DNA of 64,000 nucleotides from Limnohabitans sp. (GCF_040400975.1 NZ_JBBAPF010000012.1:27893-91892); one strand, 5' to 3'; positions 9,205 through 21,233 are shown, numbered from the stretch's first letter. Notes: generated from the sequence alone by a model not told the origin. A program made the numbers and translations.

Positions 9205-10467
9205 ATGGCATCTTTCAAACTCAGTCTTTCCCTCATCAGCGCTGCTGCACTTCTTGCCGCTTGCGGTGGCTCCGATCCGGTCAACGGCTCACTGATTGAC
9301 GCGCCGTCAACTTTGGCAACATTGACCAAAGCCCAACTTGATGCAAGTGGGTTGATCGCCCTGAGCGGCCCCGCAAAATGCGATGTCAAGCTCGTCAGTC
9401 TCAATTACGTGACGCCCGGTGCCAAAGGCGAATCGTCCAACGCATCCGGTGTTTTGCTATTGCCTACGGGGGCAGGTTGCACGGCTGCAGCCCCACTGGT
9501 GGCCTACGCAAAAGGGACAGATGTGCAAAAACCACGCACACTGGCCAATCCGCTCGATGGAGAAACTGGCCTATTGGCCGCCATGTACGCAGGCCAAGGC
9601 TACGCCGTCGTGGCCACCGACTACCTGGGCTTTGCCAAGTCCAACTACAGCTACCACCCTTATTTGCACGCTGACTCCCAAGCAACCTCCGTCATCGATT
9701 CCATCCGTGCTGCACGCAACGCCGTGTCGTCCCAAGGTGGCAGCCTCAATGGCAAAGTCATGCTGACGGGTTACTCTCAGGGCGGTCATGCTTCCATGGC
9801 AGCACACCGTGCCATAGAAAAAGACCTGGCCTCCGAAATCAATGTGGTCGCTGGCGCCCACTTGGCAGGTCCTTACAACTTGTCTGGCTCCATGAAACTG
9901 CCCGATGCCATTGCGGGTTACCAGTTCTTTGTGCCTTACCTTGTCACCGCCTGGCAAAAGATTTATGGCAATTTGTACAGCGATGTCAAAACCGCCTTCA
10001 AAGCACCTTATGCCGAGTGGGTTGAAAGCCTTTTACCCAACCCGACCCTCAACTACACCACCTTGGTGACCACTGGCAAATTGCCTGGCATCAATGGCGA
10101 GACGCCCAATCAGGCCCGTGACGCCTTGTTTCAGCCTGCATTCACCAGCGACATCTTGACCAACCCCAACAACCCCACTTTCTTGGCGGCCAAAAAGAAC
10201 GACCTGCTGGATTGGTCTCCAAAGTCTCAAACCATGCTCTGCAGCGGCAGTGGTGACCCCACTGTGCCCCAGGCCATCCACCAAAACGTCATGAAAGCCG
10301 CGTTTGACGCCAAGGGGCTGACGAACGTGTCCTCGGTCGATGTTCACCCGCTCATTGTTCAAACTTATGGGCCCATCACCATGGCCAACATCGCCAACTA
10401 CCACGGCACTTATGCCCCACCGTTTTGCCACGCAGCGGCCAAATCGCTGTTTGACGCGATGAAGTAA
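9205..10467 (+). CDS. secreted alpha/beta-hydrolase lipoprotein (lipase-like)
   Basis: Lipobox LLAACGG. Nucleophile elbow GYSQGGH. Good SD (aaaggaga) upstream of the ATG. Confidence 0.7.
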   Translation: MASFKLSLSLISAAALLAACGGSDPVNGSLIDAPSTLATLTKAQLDASGLIALSGPAKCDVKLVSLNYVTPGAKGESSNASGVLLLPTGAGCTAAAPLVAYAKGTDVQKPRTLANPLDGETGLLAAMYAGQGYAVVATDYLGFAKSNYSYHPYLHADSQATSVIDSIRAARNAVSSQGGSLNGKVMLTGYSQGGHASMAAHRAIEKDLASEINVVAGAHLAGPYNLSGSMKLPDAIAGYQFFVPYLVTAWQKIYGNLYSDVKTAFKAPYAEWVESLLPNPTLNYTTLVTTGKLPGINGETPNQARDALFQPAFTSDILTNPNNPTFLAAKKNDLLDWSPKSQTMLCSGSGDPTVPQAIHQNVMKAAFDAKGLTNVSSVDVHPLIVQTYGPITMANIANYHGTYAPPFCHAAAKSLFDAMK

Positions 10468-10485
10468 TCGCTCAAACACCGCCAC

Positions 10486-10515
10486 AAGGCCCGCGTCATG
10501 CGGGCCTTGTTTTTT
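10486..10515 (+). terminator. rho-independent terminator after the lipase gene
   Basis: Perfect 9-bp stem aaggcccgc / gcgggcctt with a 5-nt loop, followed by gtttttt. Confidence 0.75.
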
Positions 10516-10531
10516 CAAACTGGCGAAAGAC

Positions 10532-11530
10532 TCAAGCCGCAGCCCGCTGCAACCTGTCCCGCACGCCTTCCCACTCGGGCGTGTCGGGCGGCAGTTGCAC
10601 CCATATTTGCGTCACAGCTCTGGCGTCCAGATCGCGCAGTACGCCAAACAAATCGTGCGCTGCCTGCTCGGCGCTGTTCGGCTGAGCACGCCACAACACA
10701 CCAGCACCGTCGCTGCCACTCGGTCGCTCGTTGGACCACAACCCTAGGTTGTTCGCGTGAGGGCCCAAGGCCTGCAGTTTGGCGGTGATGTCTTGCGTCG
10801 ACATCAGGCGCACCTTGGCACGCGGTGCGTAGTGCGATTCGAGCGTGCCCGAGGCGCGCGGCGCGGCCTGGCCGCTCACATCCTGTGGGGCATCCTTACC
10901 CCGAACAGCACGACCACATGCAGCCTCGACCTGCGCCCGCGTGATCTGCCCCGGCCGCAGCAAAACGGGTTCACCCCGCGTGCAGTCGATGATGGTGGAC
11001 TCGATGCCGACCTCGCAGTCACCGCCGTCCAGAATCAACAAGTCGGAGCCCAGCTCGGACTGCACATGCGCGGCGCTGGTGGGGCTCACGCGGCCAAAGC
11101 GGTTGGCGCTGGGGGCCGAGACACCCAACACGCCCAGCGGCAAGCAGGCTTGCAACAAAGCTTGTGCCACGGGGTGGGAGGGGCAACGCAAACCAATCGA
11201 GTCTTGCCCACCTGCCGAAGCCGTGGCCACGCCGGGCTGGCGCGGGAGGATCAAGGTGAGTGGGCCGGGCCAAAAAGCGGCCATGAGCTCTTGCGCAAAG
11301 TCGGGCACTTGCGCGGCAAACAGCGGCACTTGGTCCCGGCTGACCACATGCACGATCAGCGGGTGGTCGGCCGGGCGGCCCTTGGCCACAAAGATTTTGG
11401 CCACCGCCGCGTCGTCGCTCGCGTTCGCGGCCAGGCCGTAAACCGTCTCGGTGGGCAGGCCGACCAACTGGCCGTCACGCAGGGCTTGTGCAGCCTGCGC
11501 GATGGCGGCGTCTGAAGCACTCAGGATCAT
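10532..11530 (-). CDS. tsaC: L-threonylcarbamoyladenylate synthase (Sua5/YrdC type)
   Basis: 332 aa with an YrdC domain (PTETVYGLAANA...KGRPADHPLIVH) plus a C-terminal Sua5 domain. Confidence 0.85.
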   Translation of the reverse strand: MILSASDAAIAQAAQALRDGQLVGLPTETVYGLAANASDDAAVAKIFVAKGRPADHPLIVHVVSRDQVPLFAAQVPDFAQELMAAFWPGPLTLILPRQPGVATASAGGQDSIGLRCPSHPVAQALLQACLPLGVLGVSAPSANRFGRVSPTSAAHVQSELGSDLLILDGGDCEVGIESTIIDCTRGEPVLLRPGQITRAQVEAACGRAVRGKDAPQDVSGQAAPRASGTLESHYAPRAKVRLMSTQDITAKLQALGPHANNLGLWSNERPSGSDGAGVLWRAQPNSAEQAAHDLFGVLRDLDARAVTQIWVQLPPDTPEWEGVRDRLQRAAA

Positions 11531-11538
11531 GGTGGTCT

Positions 11539-12729
11539 TTAAAACGCTTCGATGCCGAGCAAGGCCGCCGCTTGCAAAGCCGTGGCGCGTACGGCCTCAG
11601 GCGTAGCACCCGTGATGTTCAGGTGCCCCATCTTGCGACCAGGACGGGCCGACAACTTGCCGTAAAGGTGCAAGTGCGTGCCGGGCAGCGCCAGCACTTG
11701 GCCCCAAGCGGGGCTGGTCGGTCCCTTGCCTGTGGGCGTGACTTCGGGCCACAGATCGCCCAGCAGGTTGAGCATGATGGCGCTCGAATGCTGACGCGGC
11801 TGGGTGAGCGGCAAACCCGCCAAGGTGCGCACCTGCAGCTCGAACTGCGACTGGTCGCAGGCGTTCATGGTGTAGTGGCCGCTGTTGTGCGGGCGCGGTG
11901 CCATCTCGTTCACGACCAGCTGGCCGCCTTCGAGCAAGAAGAATTCCACGCAGAGCACGCCCACGTAGTGAAGGCCTTCGGCAATGGCGCGGGTCGCGGC
12001 CACCGCTTGCGCGGCCACGTCGGCCGGCACGGCACCTTCGTACACGCTGGTCACGGCCAAAATGCCATCGCGGTGCAGATTCAGTTGCACCGGAAAATTC
12101 ACCATCTGCCCGTCGGCGCCACGCGCCACGATGACCGAGCACTCAGCCTGCAGCGGCAGCATTTTTTCGAGCACGCAAGGCACCCCCTTCAACTCGGCCC
12201 AAGCCTGTGCCAGTTCTTCACGGGTCTTGACGCGGATCTGGCCCTTGCCGTCGTAACCCATGCGGGCTGTTTTCAAAATACCGGGCAGTAAATCCTCGCC
12301 CACCGCAGCCAACTGCGCGGCCGTCTCGATGACGGCATGCGGGGCCACCGACACACCGCAGCGCACAAAGTGGGCTTTTTCGGCGGCGCGGTCTTGCGCA
12401 ATCGCCACCGACTCGGAGGCTGGCGCCACCGGGCGGTGTGCGCCCAAGGTCAGCAGGGCCGGTGCAGGCACGTTTTCAAACTCGGTGGTGATGGCCGCGC
12501 AGCGTTGCATCAGCTGTGCCAGGCCTTGCTCGTCCAGATAATCGGTCTGGATGTGGTGGTGACTCACCCGCCCGGCGGGACTGGCCGCATCGGGGTCGAG
12601 CACTGCGGTGAAGTAGCCCATGGCTTGGGCCGCGTGCACGAACATGCGGCCCAGCTGGCCACCGCCCATCACGCCCAGCGTGGCCATTTGGCCATTGACC
12701 ATGGAGCCCGGCAATATGGCGCGGCTCAT
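11539..12729 (-). CDS. purK: 5-(carboxyamino)imidazole ribonucleotide synthase
   Basis: ATP-grasp protein: [12 protein letters not shown] ... [15 protein letters not shown]. Overlaps the purE stop by 4 nt. Confidence 0.9.
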   Translation of the reverse strand: MSRAILPGSMVNGQMATLGVMGGGQLGRMFVHAAQAMGYFTAVLDPDAASPAGRVSHHHIQTDYLDEQGLAQLMQRCAAITTEFENVPAPALLTLGAHRPVAPASESVAIAQDRAAEKAHFVRCGVSVAPHAVIETAAQLAAVGEDLLPGILKTARMGYDGKGQIRVKTREELAQAWAELKGVPCVLEKMLPLQAECSVIVARGADGQMVNFPVQLNLHRDGILAVTSVYEGAVPADVAAQAVAATRAIAEGLHYVGVLCVEFFLLEGGQLVVNEMAPRPHNSGHYTMNACDQSQFELQVRTLAGLPLTQPRQHSSAIMLNLLGDLWPEVTPTGKGPTSPAWGQVLALPGTHLHLYGKLSARPGRKMGHLNITGATPEAVRATALQAAALLGIEAF

Positions 12730-13235
12730 GCAGCACCTGTGGGTGAAACGGGCGGCAGTGTCATGGCGCGGGCCATGGCGGTTTGCTCGTCGCGGAAAAC
12801 CTCGAGCTTGGCGCGCAGAGCCGGGTCGTTGTTGGCCAGCATGGCCACTGCAAACAGGGCCGCGTTGGCCGCACCTGCAGCGCCAATCGCAAAAGTGGCC
12901 ACCGGCACGCCCTTGGGCATTTGCACAATGCTGTGCAGCGAGTCCACGCCCGACAGGGCCTTGGTCTGCACCGGCACACCCAACACCGGCACCACGGTTT
13001 TGGCCGCGATCATGCCCGGCAGGTGGGCCGCGCCGCCAGCGCCAGCGATGATGGCCTTCAGGCCCCGCTTGGCCGCGCTCTGTGCATAAGCAAACATATC
13101 GTCCGGCATTCTGTGGGCCGAAACCACGCGGGCATCGTGAGGGATGCCAAACTGTTGGAGAATCTGGACTGCGTGCTGCATGGTGTCCCAGTCGGAGCTG
13201 GAACCCATGACGACGCCGATGAGCGCTTGAGTCAT
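12726..13235 (-). CDS. purE: 5-(carboxyamino)imidazole ribonucleotide mutase
   Basis: [14 protein letters not shown] ... SAHRMPD ... [10 protein letters not shown]. Start trimmed to [11 protein letters not shown] (ATG at 13235). The remaining 300 aa of the ORF-track entry are antisense to the thioredoxin gene. Confidence 0.9.
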   Translation of the reverse strand: MTQALIGVVMGSSSDWDTMQHAVQILQQFGIPHDARVVSAHRMPDDMFAYAQSAAKRGLKAIIAGAGGAAHLPGMIAAKTVVPVLGVPVQTKALSGVDSLHSIVQMPKGVPVATFAIGAAGAANAALFAVAMLANNDPALRAKLEVFRDEQTAMARAMTLPPVSPTGAA

Positions 13236-13316
13236 TGGGTGCTTTTCGTGATCAATCTCGAATTTTAAGGTTTCGCTCCGCCCGGAGCCGAAACACAACC
13301 CGGAACACTGCCCGCC

Positions 13317-14270
13317 ATGATGGACGTCACGATACAAAACTTTGAAGCCGAGGTCATCGAAGCCTCCATGACCACGCCCGTGCTGGTGGACTTTTGGGCC
13401 CCATGGTGCGGCCCTTGCAAGTCGCTGGGACCTGTCCTCGAAAAAGTCGAAGCCGCTTACGAAGGCCGCTTCAAGCTGGTCAAGATCGACTCGGACCAAG
13501 AGCAGCAACTGGCTCAGGCCTTTGGCATCAAAAGCATCCCCACCTGTGTGTTGCTGAAAAACGGCCAGCCCGTCGATGGTTTCATGGGCGCTTTGCCCGA
13601 AGGCCAGGTCAAGCAGTTCCTGGACAAACACCTGCCCGCCGAAGACGAGTTGCAAGCCCAAGCCGCCGCCCAAGAAGCCCAAGAGCACCTGCAAGCCGGT
13701 GACGCTGACAGTGCCCGCACTGCACTGGAGCAAGCCCTGGCCACCGACCCCGGTAACGACGACGCGCGTTTTGACCTGGTCAAACTGCTGATTGGCTTGG
13801 GCGAGTTGGCCGAAGCCGCCGCCTTGCTGGCCCCCACCATGAGCCGCATCCCGGTGCCGCTGCGCTTTGAGGCGCAAACCCAGTGGCTCAACGCGCTGGA
13901 ATTTGTGACCACCGATCCCCGTGGTCAGTGGGACCTGGACCAGTTTGACGCCTTGATCGCCCAGAACAAGCGCGATTTTGAAACCCGCTTTGCCAAAAGC
14001 CGCCTGCTGATCGCGATCGGCCAATGGGAAGCGGCGATGGACGAATTGCTGGAAATCATCATGCGCGACAAGAAGTGGGACGACGAAGCCCCACGCAAAA
14101 CCTTTGTTGCCCTGCTGGAGCTGATGACACCGCCCAAGCCCAAAACGCAAGACGCAACCGGCAAGTCAGCCGGCGGCATCGAGCTGATGGGCAAAGCCGC
14201 CATGCAAGAAGACCCCCATATGGCCATGATCTCCAGCTACCGGCGCAAGCTGAGCATGGCGCTCAACTGA
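13317..14270 (+). CDS. thioredoxin-domain / TPR co-chaperone (YbbN/CnoX-like)
   Basis: N-terminal thioredoxin fold with an intact WCGPC motif, followed by a helical TPR-like C-terminal half. Confidence 0.8.
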   Translation: MMDVTIQNFEAEVIEASMTTPVLVDFWAPWCGPCKSLGPVLEKVEAAYEGRFKLVKIDSDQEQQLAQAFGIKSIPTCVLLKNGQPVDGFMGALPEGQVKQFLDKHLPAEDELQAQAAAQEAQEHLQAGDADSARTALEQALATDPGNDDARFDLVKLLIGLGELAEAAALLAPTMSRIPVPLRFEAQTQWLNALEFVTTDPRGQWDLDQFDALIAQNKRDFETRFAKSRLLIAIGQWEAAMDELLEIIMRDKKWDDEAPRKTFVALLELMTPPKPKTQDATGKSAGGIELMGKAAMQEDPHMAMISSYRRKLSMALN

Positions 14271-14287
14271 GTTCGGCTCAGCCCAAA

Positions 14288-14328
14288 GCCCGGCCCAGCT
14301 GCTGCGCTGCAGTCTGGCCGGGCTTTTT
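14288..14328 (+). terminator. rho-independent terminator after the thioredoxin-TPR gene
   Basis: Stem agcccggcc / ggccgggct (extendable through A-T pairs) followed by ttttt. Confidence 0.6.
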
Positions 14329-14350
14329 CACATCTGCGCCGCCAAGCGTC

Positions 14351-14872
14351 TCAGCGCGTTGCCCCTGCCTGGCGCTCGATGTCCATGTGCATGCGCTGCA
14401 GCAACCCGGCCCACATGAGCACCTCACCCACCACAAACATCGGGCCCACCAACAAGCCCACCAAGTCGTCCACAAAAGCCGGTTTGCGGCCCTCGAAATA
14501 GTGGCCGATGAACTGGATGAGCCAGCCGATGAAGAACAAGCCCAAACCCGCTTGCCACACCGCCATTCCCAAGGCTTGTGCCAGAGGTGGTACTTCATGG
14601 GCTGCCGCTATCAGCACGCCATTGACCACCGATGTGGCCACGCCCAGCAACAGATCGCCGCGGCTCAGGTACCACAAGCTGGTGAGTGCCCACATGGCCC
14701 AGGCCAGCGTCAGCGTGTGACCCGCCACAGACCAGGTCGGGCCCAGCATCAAGACGCCGATGGACAGAAAAATGAGCGGAATGCCCAGCAAATGGGTGGC
14801 GATGTTGCGGCGATCACGATGGTAATGGGCGTACTGCACCATCAAAGTGCTCGCAGGGCGAAAAAGTGTCAT
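14351..14872 (-). CDS. DUF962 / Mpo1-like membrane protein
   Basis: YHRDRRNIATHLLGIP and GHYFEGRKPAF motifs typical of the Mpo1/DUF962 family. Four TM segments. Confidence 0.7.
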   Translation of the reverse strand: MTLFRPASTLMVQYAHYHRDRRNIATHLLGIPLIFLSIGVLMLGPTWSVAGHTLTLAWAMWALTSLWYLSRGDLLLGVATSVVNGVLIAAAHEVPPLAQALGMAVWQAGLGLFFIGWLIQFIGHYFEGRKPAFVDDLVGLLVGPMFVVGEVLMWAGLLQRMHMDIERQAGATR

Positions 14873-15026
14873 TCAATCTCCTCGTTCTGGCGATCAAAAC
14901 GCCCAATGTAATACTTGTTGTTACAGACATTTACCGGTTTCAGACCCTGAGCCGGGCTAAGTCAGCGCTTTTGCAAGCCGTTGCAACCTAGAATTTAACC
15001 ATCACTTTTGAACTCATTTTCAAACC

Positions 15027-15392
15027 ATGTCACGCGCCGAGCCCCTGATCACCCCTGAAGAGCTGCAATGCCTGCTCGGCGGTGCGCCTGTGCGCTCGAG
15101 TTCACCCAAGCGCACGCTGCTGGCGCAACTGCCGTCCCTGCATTGGGGGGCTGCACTTTGGCTGGTCAAAGGCATTTTCCTCTATGCCGTGCTCATGAGC
15201 CCCGATGCCGCCAACCTGGTGGCCAGCAGCCGCTACCTGTGGATGCGCGGCAGTCTGGAGCTGGTTTGCCTGGCAGTGTTCTGGGGCGCATCCCTGCACC
15301 CACGCGGCCATACACTCGCTTGGGCCAGCTTGCTGGTGGCCAGCACCACCTTGCTGCTCGATGCCATGACGCTGCTGGCGTTCACCAGCTGA
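15027..15392 (+). CDS. hypothetical membrane protein
   Basis: 121 aa with three hydrophobic segments. No recognisable motif. Followed by a terminator hairpin. Confidence 0.45.
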   Translation: MSRAEPLITPEELQCLLGGAPVRSSSPKRTLLAQLPSLHWGAALWLVKGIFLYAVLMSPDAANLVASSRYLWMRGSLELVCLAVFWGASLHPRGHTLAWASLLVASTTLLLDAMTLLAFTS

Positions 15393-15408
15393 ATTCCGAA
15401 TCTCCAAG

Positions 15409-15437
15409 CAAAAGGCGCTGCCATGCAGCGCCTTTTT
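15409..15437. terminator. bidirectional rho-independent terminator (hypothetical gene / purC)
   Basis: Stem ggcgctgc / gcagcgcc, 3-nt loop, flanked by caaaa on the left and ttttt on the right. Lies between convergent genes. Confidence 0.7.
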
Positions 15438-15459
15438 GGTACCCAACCTGTCGTGGTGC

Positions 15460-16374
15460 TCAGGCCATCAACTTATTCATGGCCTCTTCGTATTTGGCAG
15501 CCGTGTTCTCGATCACCTCGCGCGGCAGACGCGGAGCAGGCGGGGTCTTGTCCCAGGGCTTGCCGTTGATCTGGGCGCTTTCGAGCCAGTCGCGCAAAAA
15601 CTGTTTGTCGTAGCTGGGCGGGTTGGCACCCTCTGCATAACTTTCGGCGGGCCAGTAACGCGATGAATCGGGCGTCAACACCTCGTCCATCAGCACCAAC
15701 GTGCCATCGGCGTCCAAACCAAACTCGAACTTGGTGTCGGCAATGATGATGCCTTTGGCCGCCGCAATATCGCGCGCGGCTTTGTACAGCTGGATGCTGA
15801 TGTCGCGGATGCGGGTGGCCAGGTCGGTCCCGATCATCTCCACCGTGCGCTCGAAGGTGATGTTTTCGTCGTGCTCACCCACCGCCGCTTTGGCTGCGGG
15901 CGTGTAGATGGGCTCGGGCAAGCGACTGGCGTTTTTCAGGCCTGCGGGCAGCTGCACACCGCACACGGCCTGGTTGTCTTGGTACTCTTTCCAGCCGCTA
16001 CCGGCCAGATAACCGCGCACCACCGCCTCGACCGGGATGGGCTTCAAGCGCTTGACCAGCATGGAGCGGCCTGTGACCTGAGGCACCTCTTCGGCGCTCA
16101 CCACGCTCTCGGGGGCTTCGCCCGTCAGGTGGATCGGGCAGATGTTCAACCCCTTGGGGCCGAGTTGGTCAAACCAGAACAGGGCCATTTGCGTGAGCAA
16201 CACCCCTTTGCCGGGAATCGGCTCACCCATGATCACGTCGAAGGCGCTGATGCGGTCCGACGCCACCATCAAGATGCGGTCGTCACCCACCGCGTAGTTG
16301 TCGCGCACCTTGCCACGCGCCAGCAGGGGCAAAGAAGTCAGGGCCGAGGTGTGGAGGGCAGAAGAAGCAGTCAT
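15460..16374 (-). CDS. purC: phosphoribosylaminoimidazole-succinocarboxamide synthase
   Basis: 304 aa, long-form SAICAR synthetase (GKVRDNY ... SDRISAFD ... DTKFEFG). Its ATG overlaps the stop of the SWIM gene (ATGA). Confidence 0.9.
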   Translation of the reverse strand: MTASSALHTSALTSLPLLARGKVRDNYAVGDDRILMVASDRISAFDVIMGEPIPGKGVLLTQMALFWFDQLGPKGLNICPIHLTGEAPESVVSAEEVPQVTGRSMLVKRLKPIPVEAVVRGYLAGSGWKEYQDNQAVCGVQLPAGLKNASRLPEPIYTPAAKAAVGEHDENITFERTVEMIGTDLATRIRDISIQLYKAARDIAAAKGIIIADTKFEFGLDADGTLVLMDEVLTPDSSRYWPAESYAEGANPPSYDKQFLRDWLESAQINGKPWDKTPPAPRLPREVIENTAAKYEEAMNKLMA

Positions 16375-18206
16375 GAGATCGGTAGCTCTTTGATGAAGTT
16401 ACGTTTAGCCTTGTATTGTGAACGCAAGCTGGCCAACCAAAGCGCTCTGTCATCGGCATGCATGCGATCGAGTGCCAAACGCACCAGATTCAAAACCTCC
16501 GAATAGGGCGTACTGGCTCGGGGCATGGTGCTTTCAAACAAGCGCAACAACAGGACCCTGGCCTGAACATCTTGCGATTTGGGTAGATTTTTGGCCAGCT
16601 CCAACAGCAACCGACCATCGCATTGCACCCCCTGCTGCATGACCAAAGCGAGCGCCGCACGCTGGTCTTTTTCCACCTCCACAAGCCACCGCACACGAAC
16701 AGACACATCCACGATGGTTCGACCTTGTTGACTGCCTACAACCCGCTCGCTGCGCTGCTCCTGTGACGCTGCCCAATCGAACAGCGATTGCCGATAAGTC
16801 GGCACATCGTAGCCTGCTCGCTGAGCCGCTTTGAGAACAGCTTGGTAGTGTTCACTGCTGGGCTGGCGCTCCAGCCATTGACGCCATATGGCCAAAGCCT
16901 CCTCGCTGTACCCATCGCGCTCATACGCCCTCAACAGCGCAGCTTCAATGCGCCGATCCGTGGGGTGTTGTTTGTACGCCTTTTTCGACAGCACCATGGC
17001 ATCGGGCCAACGCTGACGGTCTTCGCACCACTGAACCAGCTCAGCCCATTCTGCTGCGGTGTCGGCCGTGCTGCTCATCACCGAAAAAGTGGATGCATCG
17101 TCACCTTGCCGCTTCAAATCCTCCAAATAAGCGCTGCGCTTTTGGTGGCGCTCACGGTCCCAATGGCCTTGCGCTTTGGGGTGCTTCGCATGCCATTCAT
17201 GCCAATCTTTCTCAACCTGGATGCTGTAGGCCTTTTGTACAGCGGGGCCAGCGACTGCGATCACCTCCGAGCTGGGGCTCAACCCCCAGGGGTCTTGACG
17301 GACCAAAACCAACCAGGTTTTGAGCCAACTGGCAGGCGGTGGGTCGGCCAGCAAGCAACGCTTGAGAAGGTCTGTGGTGCGGGGAATCAATTCGCTGAAC
17401 TCACCGCCCCACGAGTCATCGGCCGTCTCACCCACCTTGTACAAGCGATTGAGCGCGTCTTCGCACAACACCCTGGCCTGCTCTGGCGAATATTCAAAGA
17501 CGGTTTCAATGATCGGGAAAATTTGCTCCGCACGGCGCAAATAGGGCCCGCAATCTCGCGGGTCCAAATAGCCTTTGGGGTTCTTGAGCAGCTCACGAAT
17601 GGCCTCTTGCGCAGCGCGGACATCGCCTCGGCCCACCCCGCTCTTGATTGCACTCTGCGCTTGCCAGGCTTTGAGGCGGGCCATCACCTCTTTGTCCCCA
17701 TCGGCCAGATGCCACAACAAGGCCGCCAGATCCTCGGCCTTTTGCGCAAAAACAAACTGACGCAGGGTTTCGATGTTGTTGGCCCGCGTTTGCGCACGCT
17801 GGGCAGCGGCCTGCACCTTCTTGACTGCGGCCGGGTCTGGCACGACGGAGCCACCTCTCAAACTGGCTCGCCACACCAAAGCCAAGGCCACTTGGTGTTT
17901 GCAAAACAAACCCTCTTGCCCCTGCGGGCAGTCGCAGTCGCCATTCAAGTCGTCGTCGGGTAACCACCAAATTTCAGTGCGGTAGGCCTCACTACCGTGC
18001 ACCGTGGCCTGCACGCCCATCAGATGGTCTGGCGTGGGCGGCAAATCCTCCACGTCTTGCACCGCACCCATGGCGGCGTAGGTTTTTCCTCGGGCAAACA
18101 CCTTATCGCCCGAGAAGTCGCTCAACGTTTCATCGCTGAGGTCTTGAAAGAGTTGATGGGCCTGCGCTTGAACAGTGGCCGACGGATCTCCCGTTCGCTC
18201 AGTCAC
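16371..18206 (-). CDS. SWIM zinc-finger protein with a long helical-repeat C-terminal region
   Basis: 611 aa. CxC-x(n)-CxH SWIM signature [20 protein letters not shown] near residue 100. The remainder is alpha-helical and repeat-like. ATGA overlap with mod upstream and with purC downstream. Confidence 0.75.
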   Translation of the reverse strand: MTERTGDPSATVQAQAHQLFQDLSDETLSDFSGDKVFARGKTYAAMGAVQDVEDLPPTPDHLMGVQATVHGSEAYRTEIWWLPDDDLNGDCDCPQGQEGLFCKHQVALALVWRASLRGGSVVPDPAAVKKVQAAAQRAQTRANNIETLRQFVFAQKAEDLAALLWHLADGDKEVMARLKAWQAQSAIKSGVGRGDVRAAQEAIRELLKNPKGYLDPRDCGPYLRRAEQIFPIIETVFEYSPEQARVLCEDALNRLYKVGETADDSWGGEFSELIPRTTDLLKRCLLADPPPASWLKTWLVLVRQDPWGLSPSSEVIAVAGPAVQKAYSIQVEKDWHEWHAKHPKAQGHWDRERHQKRSAYLEDLKRQGDDASTFSVMSSTADTAAEWAELVQWCEDRQRWPDAMVLSKKAYKQHPTDRRIEAALLRAYERDGYSEEALAIWRQWLERQPSSEHYQAVLKAAQRAGYDVPTYRQSLFDWAASQEQRSERVVGSQQGRTIVDVSVRVRWLVEVEKDQRAALALVMQQGVQCDGRLLLELAKNLPKSQDVQARVLLLRLFESTMPRASTPYSEVLNLVRLALDRMHADDRALWLASLRSQYKAKRNFIKELPIS

Positions 18207-20860
18207 AACACCATCACCTTGGTGCTCTCCTCACCAAACTGGCTGATCACGCGCACCGCCAGCTTGCGGCCCTTGGTGGCAGGCACCGGGTGCGAGACAA
18301 AACCGTACAGGCGGTCAAAGGCTTCATCGTCCAGCTCGATCTTGAGGGTTTGTTCGGCGGCTTTTTTGGTTGAGGCCACGGCCAGCGACTGCAAGCCTTT
18401 TTTGAATTTGGCGAACTCGTCCTTGTCACCACCGCAAAAGAAAATTTGGCTGGGCATAAAGTTGGAGCCGTCGTACTGGTCGTCGAGCATCCAGTAAGAA
18501 ATATCGGCCACGCTGCGGCCCTTGACCTCGTCTTTCACCGGGTCGTAAATGTCCAAGCCCTTGATCTCGATCTGTACGCTGCCCGCGGTGCGGATCAAGC
18601 CAATGTCGGGCTCGCCAATGGTCACAAAGCTGGCGGCTTTTTTGTCTTTTTTGATCAAACCCTCTTGCATCAAATCGTCGTGCATGCGGGCCTTGGTCAC
18701 CTCAAAGCTGCCGATCTTGCGCGTCACGCTGCGGTTGTCGATGTCGCTCTCAAAAGCAAATCCCAAAATCACCAGCCAGTCGACATCGGCCCGGCGGCTG
18801 CATGCCTTCACTGCCGCGTTGACGGCTGCCTTGCTGACGCTGCCAAATTGCGGGCCGATCACCAAATAGGCCTTGCGTTCGCCCTGGGCCGTGTCGTACC
18901 AGCCCTCGGCGTGCAAAGCGCCTTCGGCGTCGTTGATGATGTCCACCCGGCTGAACACCGCGGTTTCGTTGCGGTCGCCGTTTTTGATGCCGGCGGTTTT
19001 GAGGTGCTCAAAAATCCGGTCGGTAAAGCGCTGCACGTTGTCCATGTCGGCATTGGCCGCGGTCAGCTGATCAGGTGCCAGGGGCTCAAAGCTTTGCAGC
19101 GTCTCGACCGTGAAGGGGCCAGCGACGCGCAACTTTTTCTTGTCCACCTTAGGTAAGTCAAAGAGCGCAACTGCTTCTTCTGGCACATCATTGGCAATAG
19201 AACTGATGGATGTTTGCTTGACCTGTTCGTAGACAAAGCCATGACGGATATCACCAGCTGCTGTATCGGCCAATTGGTACCAAGGATAGGTAGCGGTCAT
19301 GATTCGCGTTTTGGCGATGTTGAGCGCAATCCGGCTTGTATCTGTCGTGATCCACCGGCGGCCCCACTGCTCGGCCACATGCGCCGTGGTGCCGCTGCCG
19401 CAGGTGGGGTCCAGTACGAGGTCGCCGGGGTCGGTGGTCATAAGAATGCAACGCTTGATGAGGTCGGCACCTGTTTGAACCACATACACCTTCGGATCAG
19501 AACGGCTTTGCACAGTACCACCGACATCTGACCAAATGTTATTCAGTGGTTGGTATGGAAAGTCGTCAAAGTACCGGACGAAACCAAGGCCCACGCCTGT
19601 TTTGCATATCCGATTCGCTTTTTTCAGCGCCTCCATCCCATGGGGGTAACGCGCGGTCCAGTGGCGGCCTTTGGGCGGATGATAGACAGTACCTTCGAAC
19701 TCAAAGGGTGTTGGCTCTTTAGGTGGATCTTGACTGGAAATATCGCCAACTCGAAAAATTCTGGCGTGCGCTGGCAAAGGCAAGACACCTCGTTTTTCAT
19801 CCAACGTCATGGCTCGACGCGTGCCGTCTGGCAACTCCACTTGATCGTATTTGGACGATTCATCTCGTCGTGGGTCTTCTTTGGCTTTGTACAGGTCTCG
19901 GTACTTGAGTTGCTCTTTTGCTTTGGCGTACCACAGCAGGTAGTCACATGCCGAGTTCATGTATTTGGAGGTCAGGCCACTGGTTGTGCTGTAAGTGATC
20001 TGACTAACAAAATTCTCACTCCCAAACACCTCGTCCATCAAACACCGAACCAGGTGCACGTTCTCGTCGCTGATCTGCACAAAGCACGAACCTGAATTGC
20101 TCAGCAGCTCCTTGGCCACCAGCAGGCGGTCGCGCAGGTAGCTCAGGTAACTGTGGATGCCCAGCTCCCAGGTATCGCGAAAGGCCTTGATCACTTCGGG
20201 CTCGCCGCTCAGGTGGTCGTCGGCGCCGTCTTTCACGTTGCGGTCGTTCAGGCGCATTTGCCAGTTGCTGCCGTACTTGATGCCGTAGGGTGGGTCCATG
20301 TAGATGCATTGCACCTGACCGGCCATACCCTCGCGCTCCAACAAGCTGGTCATGGTCAGCAGGCTGTCACCCTGGATCAAGCGGTTTTGCCACTTGTCGG
20401 GGTGGCGGTAATAGGCCCCCGGCTTGTCCAGCTCGTCCATGGCCAAGGGGTTGCCATGCAACTCGTTGGTGAAGAGTTCGTTTTGCGCGTCGTCTCGGCT
20501 TTTGAAGCTGTAGAGCCGGGCAATGATTTTTTCGGGCGCAATGTGTTCATGCCGGTACAGGCTGCGGATGTCCACGTTCAGCGCGCTTTGCTGATCGGAC
20601 TCGCCATATTTGTGCAGCCAATACAACTCGGGGTCTTGGCCCCGGTGCGTCACGGGGTTCAGGGGCACGGCTTTGATGGTGGGCAGTCCTTGCACGGCGT
20701 CGGCCTCCAGGCCTGCTTCTTCGCGGCTGGGGATGAACATGCGTTTGGGGCTGGCCGCGTCTTGGGCGTCAAAGGCGTGCTCGATGGCGGCCACGGGTTT
20801 GAGGCTGCCTTTGGCGGTGTCGCCCGCTTGCGATTTGGGGGGTGTTTTTTTGGTGGCCAT
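18203..20860 (-). CDS. mod: site-specific DNA methyltransferase (N6-adenine/N4-cytosine, beta class, type III Mod-like)
   Basis: 885 aa. Catalytic [12 protein letters not shown] (motif IV) precedes the AdoMet motif [26 protein letters not shown] (motif I), the order seen in beta-class/type III Mod enzymes. Confidence 0.85.
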   Translation of the reverse strand: MATKKTPPKSQAGDTAKGSLKPVAAIEHAFDAQDAASPKRMFIPSREEAGLEADAVQGLPTIKAVPLNPVTHRGQDPELYWLHKYGESDQQSALNVDIRSLYRHEHIAPEKIIARLYSFKSRDDAQNELFTNELHGNPLAMDELDKPGAYYRHPDKWQNRLIQGDSLLTMTSLLEREGMAGQVQCIYMDPPYGIKYGSNWQMRLNDRNVKDGADDHLSGEPEVIKAFRDTWELGIHSYLSYLRDRLLVAKELLSNSGSCFVQISDENVHLVRCLMDEVFGSENFVSQITYSTTSGLTSKYMNSACDYLLWYAKAKEQLKYRDLYKAKEDPRRDESSKYDQVELPDGTRRAMTLDEKRGVLPLPAHARIFRVGDISSQDPPKEPTPFEFEGTVYHPPKGRHWTARYPHGMEALKKANRICKTGVGLGFVRYFDDFPYQPLNNIWSDVGGTVQSRSDPKVYVVQTGADLIKRCILMTTDPGDLVLDPTCGSGTTAHVAEQWGRRWITTDTSRIALNIAKTRIMTATYPWYQLADTAAGDIRHGFVYEQVKQTSISSIANDVPEEAVALFDLPKVDKKKLRVAGPFTVETLQSFEPLAPDQLTAANADMDNVQRFTDRIFEHLKTAGIKNGDRNETAVFSRVDIINDAEGALHAEGWYDTAQGERKAYLVIGPQFGSVSKAAVNAAVKACSRRADVDWLVILGFAFESDIDNRSVTRKIGSFEVTKARMHDDLMQEGLIKKDKKAASFVTIGEPDIGLIRTAGSVQIEIKGLDIYDPVKDEVKGRSVADISYWMLDDQYDGSNFMPSQIFFCGGDKDEFAKFKKGLQSLAVASTKKAAEQTLKIELDDEAFDRLYGFVSHPVPATKGRKLAVRVISQFGEESTKVMVL

Positions 20861-20876
20861 GTGTAACGGTGATGGG

Positions 20877-21233
20877 TCAGCAGCAGTTCAGGACAGGGCA
20901 CAACACACCCAGCGTGTTGCGTACGATGTCGGGTTTGACTTGGCCGATGTTGCGCTTGACGATGCTTGTGTGAAAGGTAAACAGTTTGTCGGCGCGAATG
21001 AAACTGTCTTTCTTCAGAGTGCCTGCAACCATATCGGCATTGGACAGCGGCAAACTGCTCTTGTGTCCCGCTTGGCTGGTCACAGCGGCAGCGATGAAAT
21101 CACCATCACGATCAGGGTGCGTCATGAGCACAGCGGGACGCAGTTTATTGCTGCTCAAATCGGTGTAAGGGAACACTATCATCACCACATCTCCCACGTT
21201 GAATGTTGGTTTAGAGGTCATTCCAAATCTCAT
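20877..21233 (-). CDS. PemK/MazF-family toxin-fold protein (no cognate antitoxin gene seen)
   Basis: 118 aa. [12 protein letters not shown]...KLRPAVLMT...AVTSQ...IRADKLFT...NIGQV follows the MazF/PemK pattern (GD.v.v.F....G.E....RPalVl...TS....irvdql.t....iG). The start (21233 or ATG at 21221) overlaps the last codons of res. Confidence 0.7.
   Translation of the reverse strand: MRFGMTSKPTFNVGDVVMIVFPYTDLSSNKLRPAVLMTHPDRDGDFIAAAVTSQAGHKSSLPLSNADMVAGTLKKDSFIRADKLFTFHTSIVKRNIGQVKPDIVRNTLGVLCPVLNCC

Noticed and set aside
13236-14150. 5' extension of the purE ORF (the track lists 12726..14150, 474 aa)
   Set aside because: The extension is antisense to the thioredoxin-TPR gene and low-complexity. 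PurE homology starts at [11 protein letters not shown] (13235).
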